From: an uncultured Nitrososphaerota archaeon
GTDB taxonomy: Archaea; Asgardarchaeota; Njordarchaeia; Njordarchaeales; Njordarchaeaceae
NCBI GenBank assembly: GCA_964518475.1
Contig: CAZFGR010000004.1
Span: 1 to 64,000, forward strand
Direction: 5' to 3'
DNA: 64,000 nucleotides
A program made the translations under genes and the position numbers. Shown piece by piece: positions 9,203-18,821 of the stretch (the first letter of the stretch is position 1; each line of letters opens with the position of its first letter). The notes under the pieces are model-generated. The model was not told where the DNA came from. It saw only the letters and a program-made list of their open reading frames with translations, and made no database searches.

Positions 9203-10624
9203 ATGGGTATATTCTGGATAAAATTCTCTAAACAACTAGATAAACTAACTGATAAACTCGTAGACGCATATGCCGCCATTAGGGAATCAATCTCGCCTGG
9301 ATGGAAGGTAAAGAATAGATCAAAGATTGAGGAAACAAAATTAATGCTTAGAGCATTTAATAGATCACCTCTAGGAATTTTCGGAGCCGCACTTGTCTTC
9401 CTGTTTTTCTTCTTGGGAATATTTGGTCCCCTCCTAGCACCGGAACCATACTGGGAACTCTACGTTCATCCAAGAAACATGCCTCCTGGCTGGGAGGGAC
9501 ATATTTTCGGTACAGACTATATGGGGCGTGACTTGTTATCCTCCCTTCTCTGGGGAGCCAGAGTATCTTTGGTAATAGGAATACTGGTTGTGGCTCTCGG
9601 AACACCACTAGGGATCATTCTTGGACTAATTTCTGCGTACTATGGTGGTAAAGTAGATGAGATAATAATGAGGATCGTAGATATTTTCTATGCTTTCCCA
9701 GCATTGATGCTCGCAATTGCCATGGCGGCTGTTCTTCCGTCAACGATCTCCCAATTCATCTTTAAGTATCCACTTCTAGAACATATCTTAGCAGCTTTAT
9801 TCGCGATTAGGATAGAGCATAGCGGGAACTTGGGTGCAATGCTGGCGGTTATCCTAGCAATGGTTATTGTGTGGTGGCCAGGATATACACGAATGGTTAG
9901 GGCTGTTGCGTTATCAGAGAAGGAGAAGGTGTATGTGGAAGCGGCAAAGGCTCTAGGTCTCTCCGATCTCCAAATAATGTTCAAGCACATTCTTCCAAAC
10001 GTGATTACGATAATCCTCGTAATGGTTACCATTGATCTCGGTTCTATAATAATTCTAGAAGCCGCTCTGTCATTCCTGGGCCTTGGAGCACAACCACCAA
10101 TTTGTGAGATAGGGAGAATCGTAAGTGACGGTAGAGAGTATTGGCCCGATAAGTGGTGGCTAGTCATTATTCCAGGTACCTTCCTCTTCATTGTTGGTCT
10201 GGGATGGAACCTACTTGGCGACGTTCTAAGAGACGTTCTTGACCCAAGAACTAGGAGAAGTATTGAGTTTGGTATAAAGGAGAGACCAGTAAAACTCTTC
10301 GATATTGTTGGATTGATTGGTGATCTCGCGATTGTTGGTGGCATAGTTTACATGATGGTTGCTAATGGGGATGTTCCAGGAGCTTTATTACTAACAGGAC
10401 CGCTTCTCATAATCTATATGGTGTGGAAAGGACTGAATTTAATTAGACTATTTGACAGACTGAGAATTGGGCAAATTCTTGGGGTTTTAGCGTACTTGGG
10501 GACTTACAGAATATTATCTCCTTATATGGTTGGTGGCGGAGTAATACCAGCCATGATAGTGCTTGTAGGTGTTATACTAAAAATGGTGAGAGAAGAGCTC
10601 GCTAAGAGGATGGGAGAGGAATGA
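9203..10624 (+). CDS. dppC: Peptide ABC transporter permease with extra C-terminal TM domain
   Basis: HIFGTDYMGRD, YVEAAKALG, HILPN, LSFLGLG, GDVLRDVLDPR, then about 115 extra hydrophobic residues. Confidence 0.92.
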   Translation: MGIFWIKFSKQLDKLTDKLVDAYAAIRESISPGWKVKNRSKIEETKLMLRAFNRSPLGIFGAALVFLFFFLGIFGPLLAPEPYWELYVHPRNMPPGWEGHIFGTDYMGRDLLSSLLWGARVSLVIGILVVALGTPLGIILGLISAYYGGKVDEIIMRIVDIFYAFPALMLAIAMAAVLPSTISQFIFKYPLLEHILAALFAIRIEHSGNLGAMLAVILAMVIVWWPGYTRMVRAVALSEKEKVYVEAAKALGLSDLQIMFKHILPNVITIILVMVTIDLGSIIILEAALSFLGLGAQPPICEIGRIVSDGREYWPDKWWLVIIPGTFLFIVGLGWNLLGDVLRDVLDPRTRRSIEFGIKERPVKLFDIVGLIGDLAIVGGIVYMMVANGDVPGALLLTGPLLIIYMVWKGLNLIRLFDRLRIGQILGVLAYLGTYRILSPYMVGGGVIPAMIVLVGVILKMVREELAKRMGEE

Positions 10625-11643
10625 GCACTAGGAATAAAGAAATCTTAAAGATAAGGAACCTATACGTGAACTTTTACACATATGCGGGAGTTGTTAAAGC
10701 AATAAATGGAGTTGACCTAGACGTCTACGAAGGAGAAGTTATAAGTCTCGTAGGAGAAACGGGTTGTGGAAAAACAGTTACTAGCAGAGCCATAACACGC
10801 TTAATCCCTCCACCTGGAAGAATTGAGAAAGGAGAAATACTATTTAGGAAAAACAGTGAGTGGATCGACCTACTAAAACTAGATGAGAATGAACTCCGAA
10901 AAATTAGAGGAGATGAAATAGCTTATATATTCCAGGATCCTAGCTCCGCTCTGGATCCCCTATACACTACGGGTTATCAAATAGCCGAAACTATGGTTGT
11001 TCACGATAAGGCAGATTGGGACGAGGCTTGGAAGAAAGCCATTGAACTGCTGAGGGAGACTATGATACCGGCTCCCGAAGAAAGAGTAAAGACGTATCCT
11101 CATGAGTTATCTGGTGGTATGAAACAGCGTGTAGTGATAAGCATTGCGCTTTCGAACGATCCTAAGATTTTGATTGCGGACGAACCTACAACAAACGTAG
11201 ACGTTACGATTCAAGCAGAGTTAATTGATCTATTGAAAGAACTTCAGAAGAAAAAGGGTACAACGATAATGCTCATTACCCACAACATGGGTCTTGTCGC
11301 AGAGATTGCTGACAGAGTTGCAGTAATGTATGCTGGCAATGTGGTTGAGATAGCTGATATCTGGACAATATTTGAGGAACCCCTGCACCCCTACACGAAG
11401 GGTCTGCTTGCATGTGTTCCCGATCCTCTGAAGAAAATAGAGCGCCTGGAACCTATCCCTGGAACGATTCCTAACTTAATCTACCCTCCCCCGGGCTGTA
11501 GATTCCATCCAAGGTGTCCGAAAGCAATGGATATCTGCAAGAAACAAAGATCACCCAGAGTAGAAATAGCTCCTGGACACTTTGTTGAATGCTGGTTATT
11601 TGTAAGTGAGGAAGAGCGGAAGGAGGCTGAAAAAAGTGGCTAA
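10621..11643 (+). CDS. dppD: Peptide ABC transporter ATP-binding protein
   Basis: GETGCGKT, LSGGMKQR, IADEPT, HPYT, C-terminal GCRFHPRC...C...C Fe-S motif. Confidence 0.95.
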   Translation: MSTRNKEILKIRNLYVNFYTYAGVVKAINGVDLDVYEGEVISLVGETGCGKTVTSRAITRLIPPPGRIEKGEILFRKNSEWIDLLKLDENELRKIRGDEIAYIFQDPSSALDPLYTTGYQIAETMVVHDKADWDEAWKKAIELLRETMIPAPEERVKTYPHELSGGMKQRVVISIALSNDPKILIADEPTTNVDVTIQAELIDLLKELQKKKGTTIMLITHNMGLVAEIADRVAVMYAGNVVEIADIWTIFEEPLHPYTKGLLACVPDPLKKIERLEPIPGTIPNLIYPPPGCRFHPRCPKAMDICKKQRSPRVEIAPGHFVECWLFVSEEERKEAEKSG

Positions 11644-12601
11644 ACCGCTAATAGAGGTTAAAGATCTTAAGAAATATTTTCCGGTCAGGAGATTTCTCCT
11701 TTCTAAGGATTATGTAAAGGCGGTTGACGGAGTAACATTCACCATCTATAAAGGGGAGTGCTTGGGTGTTGTAGGAGAGTCGGGATCTGGTAAAACCACG
11801 CTTGGAAGAACAATACTTAGGTTAATCGAACCAACAGCTGGTGATATAATATACGACGGTAAATCTATTCTAAAACTAAAAGGTGAAGAGCTTAAAGAAT
11901 TCAGGAGAAAAGCTCAAATGGTATTCCAAGATCCATTCTCTTCTCTTGATCCTAGAATGACTATTTTCGATATAATCCTTGAAGGACCTAGAATCCATAA
12001 TATAGATGTTGGAGATCCGGAGGAATTTGTCGTAAAAATGCTTGAGACCGTAGGTCTCAAGAGAGAGCATATCTATAGATATCCGCATGAATTCTCTGGT
12101 GGTCAGAAACAGAGAATTGCGATTGCTAGGGCATTAGCTGTTAACCCAGAATTTATTGTTCTGGACGAGCCTACGAGTGCGCTTGATGTATCGGTGCAAG
12201 CGAGTATCTTAAACATGCTAAAAGATCTGCAGAAGAAGTTCGGTTTGACATACATGTTTATTTCTCATGATTTAGCAGTTGTTAAGTATATGAGTAATAG
12301 AATTGCGACAATGTACGTTGGAAAATTTGTGGAAATAGCGAACTCTGACAAGATGTTTGAGGAGCCTCTTCACCCGTACACAATGATGTTGCTTGATGCT
12401 CTGCCAATTCCTAATCCAAAAATCACTAGAGCTAAAAAGCGTAAAGAGATCGTGGGAGAACCTCCATCCCCTATTCATCTACCGCCAGGGTGTAGATTTT
12501 ATCCACGATGTCCATACGCTATGCCTATTTGCAAAGCAAGAGAGCCTCCTCTAGTTGAGGTTGAAAAGGATAGGGAAGTAGCTTGTTGGCTATATCAGTA
12601 G
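11606..12601 (+). CDS. dppF: Peptide ABC transporter ATP-binding protein (likely start GTG 11636)
   Basis: [33 protein letters not shown]; AGGAGG RBS precedes GTG at 11636. Confidence 0.95.
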   Translation: MRKSGRRLKKVAKPLIEVKDLKKYFPVRRFLLSKDYVKAVDGVTFTIYKGECLGVVGESGSGKTTLGRTILRLIEPTAGDIIYDGKSILKLKGEELKEFRRKAQMVFQDPFSSLDPRMTIFDIILEGPRIHNIDVGDPEEFVVKMLETVGLKREHIYRYPHEFSGGQKQRIAIARALAVNPEFIVLDEPTSALDVSVQASILNMLKDLQKKFGLTYMFISHDLAVVKYMSNRIATMYVGKFVEIANSDKMFEEPLHPYTMMLLDALPIPNPKITRAKKRKEIVGEPPSPIHLPPGCRFYPRCPYAMPICKAREPPLVEVEKDREVACWLYQ

Positions 12602-12613
12602 GAGGGATGAGTA

Positions 12614-13807
12614 GTGGTTGTCACTAGGGAAATTAGTTTTGATGAAATGGGTAAACAATTGTTAATTATTGTTTCATTGCTAGCTATCATGATTATTCTT
12701 TCAGCGATAGCAGCCATTTATTCGCAAAGTCCAAGCCTAATAGCTAATTTCGCAACCACGCTTTTTGTGTCTTCAACTGTTCTGAACGCGTTATTGGGAT
12801 ACTTCCTTGGAAGACGTAAGGTTGAGAGAATATCATTAATTTCGATTTTCATAAACTCGGTCTTGTGTATCATCGGAGCCTACTTAATCTTTGAAAACGT
12901 TGTATTGATCTATAATAACATAAAAACGAAACCCACGGTAACGCACTTCGAAGTAGCACTTACAGTGCCTATTCTTCTCATAATAATCACATATATAGCC
13001 TCGGAATTAACGGAGAAGAGGATTCCAGAAAAATACTGGCGAACAGCTAGGATTCTAGGTGATAGGGTTAGAGGAATAATATCTTCTGCTGGCCTAGCAA
13101 TAATAGGCCCCACTGGAGCATTCTTCGGCGTTCGCATAATGGATCCGTTCTTCGCTATATTCGTTGTGCTTTATGCGGTTATCGAATGTTGGAGAACAAT
13201 TGGTGAGATAAGATTCGTTAGAAAGAAAAATAATCTATTGCAGACACTCGAGAAGGTGGCAGAAGAAACATTCAAAGCAATACCGGCAATTCACAGTGTT
13301 GAGACTGAATACATGGACGTAGCTGGACACTTTATCGTCATTCACTTACAAGCTACTGTTTCGAAGATTCTTGAAGAAGAATACATTGAATCCATCGCGG
13401 ATTTCATGTTGACGGAGCTTATAGATAGGCTCGGTACAGTAATATATCTAAGGATTCTGATAGGAACCAAGGAGCCCAAAAAAGTGATCATAGCTGTTCC
13501 TGTTATGGATTCAGAAACAGTAGCAAGTTTCCCAAGCGAGAAGACAGCGATAATTACGCTTGAGTATCCTTCTGGAAGAGTATTAAACAAGGAAATAATT
13601 GATTTAAAGTTTGATGAGTATGAAAAAATTCCAGAAGCAAAAGCTGTAGAGAAACTTGCGAAAAAGAATGTTCTGATAATTGGAGCGAAGAGTATAAACG
13701 AGATAGCGGAGAGGGTTGCTAGACACTGGTTTATTGAAGTAATAAAACTCGATAAAGAAAAAATAGAAGAAGTTATCGAGACTATTAAACAAAACCTAGC
13801 ACAATAA
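12614..13807 (+). CDS. Divergent cation diffusion facilitator (CDF)-like protein with C-terminal NifB/NifX-like domain
   Basis: 6-TM CDF layout including the DP helix (IMDPFFAIFV), dimerisation-domain-like middle, then the IIAVPV...IIGAKSI pattern typical of archaeal CDF-NifX fusions. Confidence 0.65.
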   Translation: MVVTREISFDEMGKQLLIIVSLLAIMIILSAIAAIYSQSPSLIANFATTLFVSSTVLNALLGYFLGRRKVERISLISIFINSVLCIIGAYLIFENVVLIYNNIKTKPTVTHFEVALTVPILLIIITYIASELTEKRIPEKYWRTARILGDRVRGIISSAGLAIIGPTGAFFGVRIMDPFFAIFVVLYAVIECWRTIGEIRFVRKKNNLLQTLEKVAEETFKAIPAIHSVETEYMDVAGHFIVIHLQATVSKILEEEYIESIADFMLTELIDRLGTVIYLRILIGTKEPKKVIIAVPVMDSETVASFPSEKTAIITLEYPSGRVLNKEIIDLKFDEYEKIPEAKAVEKLAKKNVLIIGAKSINEIAERVARHWFIEVIKLDKEKIEEVIETIKQNLAQ

Positions 13808-13825
13808 ATTGGTCCTATTTTTTCT

Positions 13826-14167
13826 TTACACTCTTTTACGTAGTGTCTCTATTCTAACAAGAGATTCTGTTGTGATCAATTCTTCAGCTAGCGGTTTCTT
13901 CTCGATCATTGCCGGTACGAGTTCTACAACGATTTCATCCTTATTACTCACTAAGGCCCTTCTTAAAGATTCTTTCAAGGATTTTTCGTCTCCTAAGTAT
14001 TTACCGTCTAGTTTACAGATGCAGTTACCTTCGTACAACACTTGAGATAGCTCGATGATAAGATACGTAACATAGTCCACAGCGTCATTTATCTTAGTGT
14101 CTTCAACATTAATTTCCTTCATTACACGATCGAAAGCCCTAATCACGATTACTGTCATATTTCTCAC
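13826..14167 (-). CDS. Hypothetical protein, possible ubiquitin-like (beta-grasp) fold
   Basis: Preceded by an AGGTGA RBS-like element; KLDGKYLGDEKSLKE resembles ubiquitin IFAGKQLEDGRTLSD. Confidence 0.5.
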   Translation of the reverse strand: MRNMTVIVIRAFDRVMKEINVEDTKINDAVDYVTYLIIELSQVLYEGNCICKLDGKYLGDEKSLKESLRRALVSNKDEIVVELVPAMIEKKPLAEELITTESLVRIETLRKRV

Positions 14168-14445
14168 CTTTCACATCATCTTCTCTCCAAATATAGATAA
14201 AGGAAATACTCTAAGAGGAGTAGTAATGATAATTAATTCATCGTATATATCAAGAGTCTAGATATATATTTAGGGTAATCTGTCACAGCAACCCGTTATA
14301 CAAGCCAAAACTTTTCACTAAGAGAAGTAGTGGGGAGGTCTAGTATATCGCTACTCATGAAAAAACTTGAATCTTTATCCTCGATACTATTATGATAGAA
14401 TACTTTGTTGAAAAATAGGATACAAATGATGTAGGTGTTGGAAAG

Positions 14446-14733
14446 ATGAGCGAGAAAGAGCTTGTAAGGGCGCACTTGTTTATCTCTGGTATTGTCCAAG
14501 GTGTAGGATTTCGTTGGAGTTTTATGGAGAGAGCGAAATGGTTAGGGCTTAAAGGATTTGTGAGAAATCTACCGGATGGCAGAGTTGAAGCTGTTGTGGA
14601 GGGGCCAAGAGGAGCTGTTCTCGAGATAATAGAATGGAGCAAGAGGGGACCCCCTGGCGCTGTTGTTGAGAGAGTTGAAGTTATTTGGGAAAAGTATAAG
14701 GGAGAGTTCACCGATTTTGAGATACGTTTTTAG
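14446..14733 (+). CDS. acyP: Acylphosphatase
   Basis: [29 protein letters not shown]. Confidence 0.97.
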   Translation: MSEKELVRAHLFISGIVQGVGFRWSFMERAKWLGLKGFVRNLPDGRVEAVVEGPRGAVLEIIEWSKRGPPGAVVERVEVIWEKYKGEFTDFEIRF

Positions 14734-15475
14734 TCTTTTCGATTGTTTTTCTAGCTATGTCTATTCCCCGCAAGAAACTGGCACCGTTTTTTATCAAGTA
14801 TATTATAAACTCTTTTAACATCTTCTTTCTTGAAGCCCTACCTATGCAGGTAGGATGGATTATGATTGGGAAGTACCATAATCCCTCTTCTCTAGCCGCG
14901 TCGAACTCGTATTTCCATATTCTTAATACTTCGTCAGTGGATCTATATTGAATCTCGAATAGGAACCAATCGTCGAATAATTCGTGTATGGGTAACTCTA
15001 CTAATTCCTTATTATTTATTCTCATTATATAAGGCTCATCATCAGATAATAAGCTGCTATCATATAGGAGACCTAGATCCGTAATGTATTTCAATGTGTG
15101 TGGAGATATTTCCCAGTAAGGGCGGCGAAAACCGTGCACATGCCCCTGTATCTGCTTTATTATCCTAAAAGATTTCTCATGGATACTCCATTCCTCTTCA
15201 GCGGATAACTCGTTGAGTTTCTCATGTTGATAACCGTGCATACCAATCTCGTGACCACGCCTCAAGATTGTATTAACTAGGTCTTGATAATGCTCTATAA
15301 CCCATCCAGGAGTGAAAAAAGTTGTTCGGATATTGAAAATGTCTAGAGCTTCTAAGACACGTTGTAAGCCCTTACGTATGGAGAAGACTGCTTTCGATAT
15401 TTTCACGGGCTGGTCACTATAATATAAACGTTCCGCGCTATCAGCATCAAAATCCACGGATAAGAAAACGATCAA
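14708..15475 (-). CDS. Polysaccharide deacetylase (CE4/NodB, PgdA-like)
   Basis: [34 protein letters not shown]. Confidence 0.9.
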   Translation of the reverse strand: MIVFLSVDFDADSAERLYYSDQPVKISKAVFSIRKGLQRVLEALDIFNIRTTFFTPGWVIEHYQDLVNTILRRGHEIGMHGYQHEKLNELSAEEEWSIHEKSFRIIKQIQGHVHGFRRPYWEISPHTLKYITDLGLLYDSSLLSDDEPYIMRINNKELVELPIHELFDDWFLFEIQYRSTDEVLRIWKYEFDAAREEGLWYFPIIIHPTCIGRASRKKMLKEFIIYLIKNGASFLRGIDIARKTIEKTKNVSQNR

Positions 15476-15502
15476 GATAAATCACCTCAAAGACAATTAC
15501 GC

Positions 15503-16444
15503 TTAAGATGTCTTAAGCTTACGAAATAGTAATACTTCGTCTCCAATAACCCTAAAACTATATTGAGAAAAATATTCATCAAGAATGGTTTTATCCACGT
15601 ATAATCTTAGTCTTTTAAAATCAGCCTTCTTAGCTATGCTAGCGACGGTTCTCAGAATCTCTGGAAGGTCTTGTAGATTTTTTACCCAAAGATACAAGTT
15701 TCCACATTCTTTATCGCTCCACAAACTTCCAATACTGAATACGGCTGTACCTTCATCTATTGAAGCTTTAATACTTATTAGCCTGCGTTTCTCTGTATCA
15801 AAAATCATCCATTGTTTCAACCATGCTGGGAAGGATGGGAATATTCTAGGAGTGACCAGTATGAGATCTTTTACTACTTCATATCTACACGGGAAGGGAT
15901 CTAGTGATGGTACATTCTCTTCCCTAAACTGGTCGAGATCAATCTCTAATATAGTAATGTCATAAGCTATATCTCCTATGCCACATTTTTTGTAGAAACC
16001 TATAGCCTCCCTAGTGGGCCAAACAGCGATTGTGTCGCAATAATTCTCTTTAGCAATTGCTATGGCTTTCTCTATCAATGCTTTACCAATTCCTCTCCGC
16101 CTGAACATCTTGTGAACCTCTATAACATCAATGTAAGCGTTTTTCCCGAGGAAATCTGCCTCATCACCTATATACATTTCTAACTCCCCAACAATCTTAC
16201 CATTAATTTCTGCTACGAGAGGGTATTGACCATGGATAAGCAAATAATTTAACCGAATAGCACATGTTTCGACACTCATCCATGGGCCTCCATGGCTCCA
16301 CCTCTCTTCTATGGTTAACTCATCATAGCTCGCTTTTATTTTCTTGCCGTTAACTATCTTGATCCAGTCTGTGATGCTAGAGCAATGAACCTCTGTAATT
16401 CCTTTGGCATCGTCAAGGGTAGCTAGCCTTGTCGATATAGTCAT
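15503..16444 (-). CDS. GNAT acetyltransferase
   Basis: VHKMFRRRGIGKALI acetyl-CoA motif; AIGFYKKCG. Confidence 0.88.
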   Translation of the reverse strand: MTISTRLATLDDAKGITEVHCSSITDWIKIVNGKKIKASYDELTIEERWSHGGPWMSVETCAIRLNYLLIHGQYPLVAEINGKIVGELEMYIGDEADFLGKNAYIDVIEVHKMFRRRGIGKALIEKAIAIAKENYCDTIAVWPTREAIGFYKKCGIGDIAYDITILEIDLDQFREENVPSLDPFPCRYEVVKDLILVTPRIFPSFPAWLKQWMIFDTEKRRLISIKASIDEGTAVFSIGSLWSDKECGNLYLWVKNLQDLPEILRTVASIAKKADFKRLRLYVDKTILDEYFSQYSFRVIGDEVLLFRKLKTS

Positions 16445-16503
16445 GGGTCTTCCCTCTTATATGCATCATTATTAACTAGACTAAAAATCATAAGAATAAA
16501 TGA

Positions 16504-17853
16504 TTGATAATTATTATGGAGGAGAAGCAGGGGAGAGCATTGATTGATCCAAAGCTTGGTAAAGAACCTATCCTCCAATTAGCGCTAGATTTTACAGAAT
16601 TAAGAAGAGCTATAGTTGTTGCTAGAGAAGCCATTAAAGGAGGGGTAGATTGGTTAGAGGCAGGAACGCCCCTAATAAAGAGCGAAGGTATGAACGCTAT
16701 CAGAACCTTGCGGAGAGAATTTAGGGATAGAGTGATCGTTGCTGATCTAAAGACAATGGATACGGGGAGATTAGAAGTTGAGATGGCTTTCAAGGCTGGA
16801 GCGAACATAGCTGTTGTTCTTGGTGTGAGTGATGATAGCACGATTAAGGAAGCTGTTGAAGCGGCCAGGAACTATGGGGGTTTCATAATGGTTGACATAA
16901 TAAATGTTACAGATCCTGTCAAACGGAGCATTGAGTTAGAGAAGCTGGGGGTCGATATAATATGTGTCCACGTCGGTATTGATCAGCAAATGCGTGGAAT
17001 AGATCCCCTAAATCTTCTAGAAGAGATAAGGGAGAAGGTATCTATTCCTCTAGCTATCGCTGGTGGAATAACGAGTGAGACCGCGGGAATCGCTGTTGAG
17101 AAAGGTGCTGATATAGTGATTGTTGGTGGAGCAATTACGAAGGCTGAAAACGCTACTGAGGCTGCTAGGATTATTAAAGAAGCAATGCTTAAGAGAACAT
17201 CTATCAAAGCTATTAAGGGAAAAAAGGCTAAGCGAGAAGAGGAAATCTTAGAAATTTTGAGAACCGTTTCTGTTCCGAACATTAGTGATGCCATGCATAG
17301 AGCACGTGTATTGACGGGTTTTAAACCAGTTATTCCGGGAACGAAAATTGTCGGTCGAGCTTTACCTGTGAGAACTTATCCTGGGGACTGGGCTAAACCC
17401 GTTGAGGCTATAGATTATGCCATGGAGAACACCGTGATAGTCATCGATGCCGGGGGCGAGGAAACAGCTGTATGGGGAGAACTCGCTACTTGGAGTGCGA
17501 AAAATAAGAAAGTTGCTGGAGTCATCATATATGGGGGAGTTAGGGATATCGAGGATATTCGAAAAATAGGTTTGCCAGTATATGCTAAACACTTCTGCGC
17601 AAGAGCTGGGGAGCCTAAAGGATTCGGAGAAATAAATGTCCCAATAGAGATCGAGGGAGTTAAGATACGACCCGGTGACTACATCGTAGCTGAAGAGGAG
17701 GGGATAATAGTTATTCCGCAAGAAATTGTTCAGGAAGTCGCGAATAGGGCCCTGGATGTTAGGGAGCGAGAGGATAGAATTCGAGAGGAGATAAAGAGAG
17801 GATCAACTCTAAACCAAGTTATAGAGCTTTACAAGTGGGAGAAAGTTTCCTAG
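16504..17853 (+). CDS. hps: Bifunctional 3-hexulose-6-phosphate synthase / RraA-(HMG aldolase)-like protein
   Basis: LQLALD, EAGTPLIK, ADLKTMD, HVGIDQQ, then NISDAM, VIDAGG, AVWGEL, GGVRD, IRPGD. Confidence 0.9.
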   Translation: MIIIMEEKQGRALIDPKLGKEPILQLALDFTELRRAIVVAREAIKGGVDWLEAGTPLIKSEGMNAIRTLRREFRDRVIVADLKTMDTGRLEVEMAFKAGANIAVVLGVSDDSTIKEAVEAARNYGGFIMVDIINVTDPVKRSIELEKLGVDIICVHVGIDQQMRGIDPLNLLEEIREKVSIPLAIAGGITSETAGIAVEKGADIVIVGGAITKAENATEAARIIKEAMLKRTSIKAIKGKKAKREEEILEILRTVSVPNISDAMHRARVLTGFKPVIPGTKIVGRALPVRTYPGDWAKPVEAIDYAMENTVIVIDAGGEETAVWGELATWSAKNKKVAGVIIYGGVRDIEDIRKIGLPVYAKHFCARAGEPKGFGEINVPIEIEGVKIRPGDYIVAEEEGIIVIPQEIVQEVANRALDVREREDRIREEIKRGSTLNQVIELYKWEKVS

Positions 17854-17872
17854 GTAGAGGGGTTGTCGGAGA

Positions 17873-18808
17873 ATGCGCTTACTTATCATGGGCCTTGGAT
17901 CCATAGGATCTATGCTAGCTGGTTATTTTGCTGAGAATTATGACGTCTACGCTGTTGGGAGAGAATGGCACGTTAAACCAATAATTGAGAGAGGGTATTT
18001 GATACTGAGAATCCTATTCAAATCAGAGACTAGAAATGTTAAACTTGCTAAAGTATCCACGAGTCTAAAAGAGTTCACTGGAACAAGATTCGATGCTATG
18101 TTTGTTTGTGTGAAAGCCTACGATTTGGAAAATGCTTTGGCTGAGATTGTTAGCAATAACATTGATGCTGATTGCTATGTTTTTCTCCAGAATGGTTTAG
18201 GAATAGAGGAACTAGCCGCAAAAATAATCAGAAACAGAAACATTATTAGGGCCCTTACCAATAATGGTGCTAATATCCCAGAACCAGGCGTTGTTAACCA
18301 TGCTGGACTAGGAAAAACATACATAAGTGGAGTATTTGGAGAGAAAAAAATTGAGTGGGGGAAAAGAATTACGGAATTGTTCAACTCAGTGGGGCTTCCA
18401 GCGGAGTACGTAAGAGACATCACACCGTATGTATTTAGGAAGGTGGCTATAAACGCTGTAATAAATTCATTAACAGCGATTTTAAGGATAAAGAATAGGG
18501 GGGTTGCGGATCTGCCAGAACTTAGAGGCATTGTCAGGGGAGTATGTAGGGAGATTAAAGAAATTGCAAAAAAGAAGGGTCTTAACCTAGGTAAGTTGGA
18601 GGAGATAGTCCTATCTGTAGCAAAAGAGACTGGTGAGAATATATCATCTATGCTACAGGACATTCTCCGAAACAAAAGAACTGAGATAGATTTTATAAAT
18701 GGGGCAATTGTAAAACTGGGTAAAGAACTGGGAGTCCCAACACCTGTAAATGAGACCTTATATAGACTAGTTAAGGCAATAGAGAAATCTCGTGAGTATC
18801 GAGTATAG
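17873..18808 (+). CDS. panE: 2-dehydropantoate 2-reductase
   Basis: GLGSIG, VKAYD, LQNG, K...NAVINSLTA, SSMLQD, TEIDFING. Confidence 0.93.
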   Translation: MRLLIMGLGSIGSMLAGYFAENYDVYAVGREWHVKPIIERGYLILRILFKSETRNVKLAKVSTSLKEFTGTRFDAMFVCVKAYDLENALAEIVSNNIDADCYVFLQNGLGIEELAAKIIRNRNIIRALTNNGANIPEPGVVNHAGLGKTYISGVFGEKKIEWGKRITELFNSVGLPAEYVRDITPYVFRKVAINAVINSLTAILRIKNRGVADLPELRGIVRGVCREIKEIAKKKGLNLGKLEEIVLSVAKETGENISSMLQDILRNKRTEIDFINGAIVKLGKELGVPTPVNETLYRLVKAIEKSREYRV

Positions 18809-18821
18809 GGAACATTCTTAG

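Noticed and set aside
9688-10344. 218-aa antisense ORF and the many other short ORFs nested in or opposite real genes
   Set aside because: They lie within well-supported CDSs, have shadow-frame composition and show no motifs.
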